Positions 27,412 to 32,000 of a DNA stretch of 32,000 bases are shown here, one piece after another. Origin of the DNA: Deltaproteobacteria bacterium (GTDB lineage: Bacteria > SAR324 > XYD2-FULL-50-16); NCBI GenBank assembly GCA_018657625.1, contig JABHWU010000113.1:10101-42100 (forward strand), read 5' to 3'. Numbering within the stretch: the stretch's first letter is position 1; every line of letters starts with the position of its first letter. The notes under the pieces were generated by a model. That model searched no databases and had not been told where the DNA came from. It saw only the letters and a list, made by a program, of their open reading frames with translations. The translations under genes were made by a program, and so were the position numbers.

Positions 27412-28902
27412 TTAAAATCTAAAAATCAATTTATCGAACGGCTGAGCGGTCTTATTTTTAATCAAGGCGGTTACGGTGGCTTTAATTGTATCATCGATAG
27501 ATGTTATCAAAAGTTCACCGATGTACTCTTCATCCTTTCTATAAATGCCCGCGATCATTCCTGTTTTAACAGATATGGCCGGGTTAACATAAATATCGAG
27601 TTGATTTGATTGTACTTGTATTATAAATCCACCCTCTGAATACTGTTGCATTAGTATGGTTAAAGCATTCTGGTATATTTGTAAGGATTGGTCTTTGTTT
27701 GTAATGGTGCGCTCTTTTTCCCGAATGATACGCTCTTTGTCTTCCACTTCCAGTGACACCAGGATAAGATTTGAATTCAAGGCCGTAATTGCCTGATTCT
27801 TATTGCGGATCGTTTCCTCTCTTGTATCAATGACCAGGTTTTTTGAAGCAATGATTGTATTTTTGGACTTAACCACTTGTTTAATGCGTTTGATTAAATT
27901 TTCATAATCATGGGATATGGAGTATGTCAGGTCATTGATTTTTTTGATTGCAGGTTTGATGGAATTAAAATAAGGAATCCGATTCAGCCGATCTGTAATC
28001 TCAAAGAATTTATCAATTTTTGTTCGAAAACTTTTGAAATCATATTGTGTAAAAACCCCTTCAAATAACAAAAATTCGTCAAACGAATCCAGATAACTAT
28101 ATTGATTTATAATTCCTTTTTTATTTTCCATGATGTTAGTGATCCGTTTAGACTTGAATACCGGATTATATTTTAAAACGATATAGTCTACATAGGCTTC
28201 GTAATATTCCTTTAAAGCAACCACACCGGAATCATGTTCTTTTTTTAATTTGGCATTCTTGATTGCATTTAGTTTGTCGATATTGCTGATAAATTTTGAT
28301 TTTTGATTTTCACCAGTTTCTTTTTCTTTTTCTATTTCACTTTCAATTTTAGAAATTTCCTGTTCTTTTTTCGTGGTACTTAATTTAAAATTTGAATTAA
28401 TTGCTTCAATAGCAATTAATTCCGCATTTCGGTTTTCTAAGATCAGTTTATCTGTTTTCTGATCATTTAAATCTTTTGCAAGAATACCAATTTCATTTTG
28501 ATAGTATTGCTTTTGAACAATTAAGATCTCTTTTTTCTCATTAATTTTGATGATATCCAGTTGAATTTTCAACAAGTCAAGATTGTTTTCATAACGTGTG
28601 GCAGAATCAATAACATCTTTGAGACGTAAATCTTCCAGGTCGCTAATATTAATTTCAAAATCTTTACTTTGTTGTTCTACAATTTTTGTAAAATAGAAAA
28701 CACTGCCAATCACCACCGTAAAAAACAGCAATATTGAAAAATAAAGTAATAGATTTTTATTTCTTTTTGTTTTGATCAGCTCTGTTTCTAAATCATAGAA
28801 TTCAGTAACCGCATCTATATCTTTAATTTCTTTGGGAAGAAATCGTGAGGTACCGTTAGCTTTCTTCTCTATTTCGTTTGCATTTGCCATATTCCATTCC
28901 AA
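27412..28902 (-). CDS. Membrane-anchored coiled-coil protein of unknown function
   Basis: 496 aa. Single TM (NLLLYFSILLFFTVVIGSVFYF), long coiled-coil regions and a C-terminal beta-rich domain (GGFIIQVQSNQLDIYVNPAISVKTGMIAGIYRKDEEYIGELLITSI). Overlaps the upstream cyclase gene by 34 nt. Confidence 0.8.
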   Translation of the reverse strand: MEWNMANANEIEKKANGTSRFLPKEIKDIDAVTEFYDLETELIKTKRNKNLLLYFSILLFFTVVIGSVFYFTKIVEQQSKDFEINISDLEDLRLKDVIDSATRYENNLDLLKIQLDIIKINEKKEILIVQKQYYQNEIGILAKDLNDQKTDKLILENRNAELIAIEAINSNFKLSTTKKEQEISKIESEIEKEKETGENQKSKFISNIDKLNAIKNAKLKKEHDSGVVALKEYYEAYVDYIVLKYNPVFKSKRITNIMENKKGIINQYSYLDSFDEFLLFEGVFTQYDFKSFRTKIDKFFEITDRLNRIPYFNSIKPAIKKINDLTYSISHDYENLIKRIKQVVKSKNTIIASKNLVIDTREETIRNKNQAITALNSNLILVSLEVEDKERIIREKERTITNKDQSLQIYQNALTILMQQYSEGGFIIQVQSNQLDIYVNPAISVKTGMIAGIYRKDEEYIGELLITSIDDTIKATVTALIKNKTAQPFDKLIFRF

Positions 28903-30545
28903 TTATCGGGACAAGTTTCTTGAGTTCTGAATTTAAATACTTCTGCCAATGGAAGTGAGCATTTATTGAATGATTGATTCGCTTCGGGCCAATTACCGTT
29001 GTAATACTGTTCTAATCCTATTTGAAAATCCGTCATTTGTTTTTTCAAATCTTCGGTAAAAAGCTCACGTGTGATTGGCCAAAAGACTTTTTTACCAGTT
29101 GTTTTACCTTTCACCTGGACGGTATCAATTTCATAGAATTCGATGCCGTGATCAGAGACATTGTTCTTAATATCGTTCATTACAAATTTTGAACAAATCA
29201 CTGGAATTTTGTAGACCCGTGTTAATCCCTCTAGCCTGGATGCAGCATTGACATTATCTCCAATAACGGTGTTAGTCATCCTGACATAAGAACCCAGCGT
29301 ACCATAAAAAACCTGACCACCATCGATACCAACACCTATTTCAAGTAATACTGCTTCATAAACACGCCATTCATCATCTGTAAGTTCTCCCTGCTCTTTT
29401 TCAATAGTGGCTTTAATATCACTCATTCTATTTCGAAGTTCTTCTGTAGCATCCTGGAGTTCATAAGCAGTTAAAACGGCCAAATGAGATTTGTTTTGCT
29501 CGGATTTTAAGACACCAAAGACTGATAATATGGCATCTCCAATGATAGAGCCAATCACGCCTTGGTTTTTAACAACTTTCCGGATCGCATCATCGTAGTA
29601 CATATTCAGTAAATTGATGATTTCATTTCCTAAAGTCTCTGTGATAAAGGTAAAACTTTTAATATCCGAAAACAGGATCGTTAGCTCCTGACTGGTACCT
29701 TCCAGTTTAACCTCGCGTTCTCTGTAGGCTTTATTAACAATATCCTGATTGGTAAATTTCTGGAAGATATGAATCAGATTGTTAATTAAACTTGAAAGGG
29801 AATTGAAGGCCACACCCAAATAGGTGATATCGTCATTGGAGGCGTTTTTAAGATCGATAATACCCAGTTCCTGAGATGAGATCATTCTTTGAATTTCAAC
29901 TGTGATATAATGGATATACCGCAGCAGGTACCTTAACATTAATACACCAATAATTGCCATGAGGATTGAAATCGCAATAATAATATATGAAATATTTTTA
30001 AATATCGCCCGGGATTCAGCATAAAATTCATTCAGTTCTTCTGCTCTTAAAAGAAACGCGTCCCACTTAGTGTTATATTTATAAACACCAAAGTATTCTT
30101 CTCCATTAAATTTAAAATGAATTTGGCCTTCATCCTGATTTTGATCCAGCTGTGTGTTAATGTGATTGAGAACAGTCTGATCATTAAAGGTATCAATTTT
30201 GGCGATATGGGAAGCCTGGAGCAGTATTTTTCCATCCCTCTTTACACCCAACAATACAGCTTTTTGGTTTTTCAATTCTCGCCGCCCATTTTGTTCAATA
30301 CTGGAAATAGAACTTTCAAAGTCGTTATCAAATTGATAGATGGCATGCTGATTGTTGCAATAGGAATACATACTTTTTAAATCTTTAATCAGCAATTGGT
30401 TCATTAATTTGAATAACTCGGTTCGATTAAATATTAAATTAATATAATTTGTGGAAAAATTAGAGATTAAGATAAATAAGGTAAAAGAAATAACAATTTT
30501 AATCGTAACGGGAACCACTCTAACTTTGCTATTTTTTGTTTTCAT
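28869..30545 (-). CDS. Membrane class III adenylate/guanylate cyclase
   Basis: TILFSDIKSFTFITE, GSIIGDAILSVFG, GIDGGQVFYGTLGS and VIGDNVNAASRLEGLTR (two metal-binding Asp sites plus transition-state motif). N-terminal TM-extracytoplasmic-TM module. Confidence 0.9.
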   Translation of the reverse strand: MKTKNSKVRVVPVTIKIVISFTLFILISNFSTNYINLIFNRTELFKLMNQLLIKDLKSMYSYCNNQHAIYQFDNDFESSISSIEQNGRRELKNQKAVLLGVKRDGKILLQASHIAKIDTFNDQTVLNHINTQLDQNQDEGQIHFKFNGEEYFGVYKYNTKWDAFLLRAEELNEFYAESRAIFKNISYIIIAISILMAIIGVLMLRYLLRYIHYITVEIQRMISSQELGIIDLKNASNDDITYLGVAFNSLSSLINNLIHIFQKFTNQDIVNKAYREREVKLEGTSQELTILFSDIKSFTFITETLGNEIINLLNMYYDDAIRKVVKNQGVIGSIIGDAILSVFGVLKSEQNKSHLAVLTAYELQDATEELRNRMSDIKATIEKEQGELTDDEWRVYEAVLLEIGVGIDGGQVFYGTLGSYVRMTNTVIGDNVNAASRLEGLTRVYKIPVICSKFVMNDIKNNVSDHGIEFYEIDTVQVKGKTTGKKVFWPITRELFTEDLKKQMTDFQIGLEQYYNGNWPEANQSFNKCSLPLAEVFKFRTQETCPDNWNGIWQMQTK

Positions 30546-31034
30546 AGATGATTATATACTTTTGGTTTGGCGGCTCTTTTTTAGAAAATAGAAGAAAACC
30601 AATTATTCGGATTGTAATACTTCCTTTGAAAATTAGCTGAAAAAAGCACAATGATCAACTTTTTATTTGGGTTAAATCGAAAATTTTTGATGCCAATATT
30701 TTTTTTTCTTTTAAAATACATTGATAATGATTTCTGCAAATTAAATGGGAGCCTGTGGGCAACATGATGTTGTTTGTAATCATCAGGTTTGATATTAATA
30801 TATGGTAAGGTGCCACAAAAAAAAAAGCGGTTCTTCGCTGTATAGTTTTTGGCCCTGGTATTATTTCGGGAATTGATTTTGGCTAGGAAAGTTGATCATT
30901 ATCCAACCGCAAAATTAAAACTATAGGTCAATCATCTGGCTAAATGATGTTGACTTATCATTGCATATCTCGCCTTATTCGAAGGATAGGACTACGTTTT
31001 GAAAGACACTATTAAAAGTCAGTGGGGTAATGAA

Positions 31035-31211
31035 TTATATTTTAGCCATCGGTTTAAAATCATCTTTATTGGCACCACATTCCGGGCAGATCCAGTCTTC
31101 GGGTAAATCGTCAAAAGAGGTGTTTTCAGGAATTCCGATTTCCGGATCTCCAAAACTGGGGTCGTATACGAATGTACAATACATACAGCGGTGATTCATC
31201 ATTTCAGACAT
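31035..31211 (-). CDS. Rubredoxin (58 aa, absent from the ORF track)
   Basis: MSEMMNHRCMYCTFVYDPSFGDPEIGIPENTSFDDLPEDWICPECGANKDDFKPMAKI: C-x2-C ... CPxCG knuckles, DPxxGxPExGI and F.DLP.DW motifs. Confidence 0.95.
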   Translation of the reverse strand: MSEMMNHRCMYCTFVYDPSFGDPEIGIPENTSFDDLPEDWICPECGANKDDFKPMAKI

Positions 31212-31426
31212 AGTTAAACTCCTAATAAATTTTATTCAGAATAACGGTTATTGCTACTCTCTGCAATCAAAATAATAGCGCTGGACAGTTTTATCTTCCG
31301 GGTACAAAATAATTTAATTTTTATGATGAATACTGTTAAAACAGTTGTTAATTACCTTAGTAACCTTTTGCAAAAATTGAAAATTCCGTTGTTAATGACA
31401 ACCCCAGAATTATACTGAAAACGATT

Positions 31427-31678
31427 ATGAAAATACATGTTTTGGTGGATAATAATACCCTGGTTGATAGATATTACCTGGCAGAACCGGGGTTTTCAGT
31501 TTTAATAGAAGTTGAAGGCCTCAGGGTTTTATTCGATACTGGTTATTCTGATATTTTTTTACGAAATGCTCAAAAAATGGGTCTGAACCTTACCCATCTT
31601 GATTATGTTGCTTTATCATATAGTCACCTGGATCACACCTGGGGACCTGAAAATAATCCACGCTTGTCATTGTACTGA
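31427..31678 (+). pseudogene. Truncated metallo-beta-lactamase-fold protein
   Basis: MKIHVLVDNNTLVDRYYLAEPGFSVLIEVEGLRVLFDTGYSDIFLRNAQKMGLNLTHLDYVALSYSHLDHTWGPE matches the start of an MBL domain (S.SHLDHTWG), then diverges and stops. Confidence 0.8.
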
Positions 31679-31858
31679 CTTAAAATCGAAAATAGCTCTG
31701 TCAAAAGTGGTTGAAGTAAAAGAAGTCGGCGTCGGGCTTGTTCTGAATTATTAAACCTGGTATTTAGTAAAGTGTTTACGATGAACTCGGGGTGCTCGTT
31801 ATCCTGTGCAAGCCAAATCGATGCCCGGTAACATATAAGCAATGATCTTACGCAGATG

Positions 31859-31936
31859 TGTAGGGTGGGCAGCTTTTTTTGCCCACGCTGAAGAAGATGG
31901 GCGTGCGACTCAGGTGCGACCCAGGCCCATCCTACA
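31859..31936. repeat. Short inverted-repeat element (MITE/REP-like)
   Basis: Ends TGTAGGGTGGGC and GCCCATCCTACA are 12-bp inverted repeats with one mismatch. The GC-rich 78-bp element contains internal complementary GGGCA/TGCCC segments. Confidence 0.65.
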
Positions 31937-32000
31937 GTTTTGTAATATGTTAAAATTGAATCCCCTGAGCCAGGACTGTTTTACCACTCCAGTTTACTGT

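Noticed and set aside
31633-31842. 69-aa minus-strand ORF considered as a transposase C-terminus
   Set aside because: No transposase motif is recognisable and its C-terminus is antisense of the MBL fragment, so there is not enough support to call it.

Overview
This window is an AT-rich chromosomal region from an anaerobic bacterium. The gene content is reminiscent of Desulfobacterota, but that is inference only. The most significant content is an hgcA-hgcB pair at 16617-18034, the mercury methylation genes. HgcA carries the diagnostic cap-helix motif NVWCAAGK followed by about five C-terminal transmembrane segments. HgcB is a 99-aa two-cluster ferredoxin with a C-terminal CC. An alaX-like editing gene lies directly upstream. 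On the opposite strand is a tightly overlapping tetrapyrrole/metal-uptake operon: exported CbiK-like chelatase, ABC-2 exporter ATPase and permease, FecCD-type permease, ATPase, BtuF-like binding protein, and CbiL. A cobalamin-riboswitch-like RNA that no ORF explains sits in the GC-richer part of the intergenic region at about 15394-15586 (minus strand), upstream of this operon. Other content includes an RND efflux system with two adaptor genes, a degenerate MCP-like protein, a sensor kinase, two family-3 solute-binding proteins, a serine acetyltransferase, a PilJ-like MCP-hemerythrin fusion, a YchJ/SEC-C protein, MutY, a superoxide reductase, RecX and a rubredoxin missing from the ORF track. 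A three-gene cluster at 26224-30545 encodes a membrane adenylate/guanylate cyclase, a membrane coiled-coil protein and an exported heptad-repeat protein; its function is unclear. There are also gene remnants (a Trp/Tyr-type ABC ATPase and a truncated metallo-beta-lactamase-fold protein) and several small inverted or interspersed repeats. I found no CRISPR array, tRNA or rRNA.
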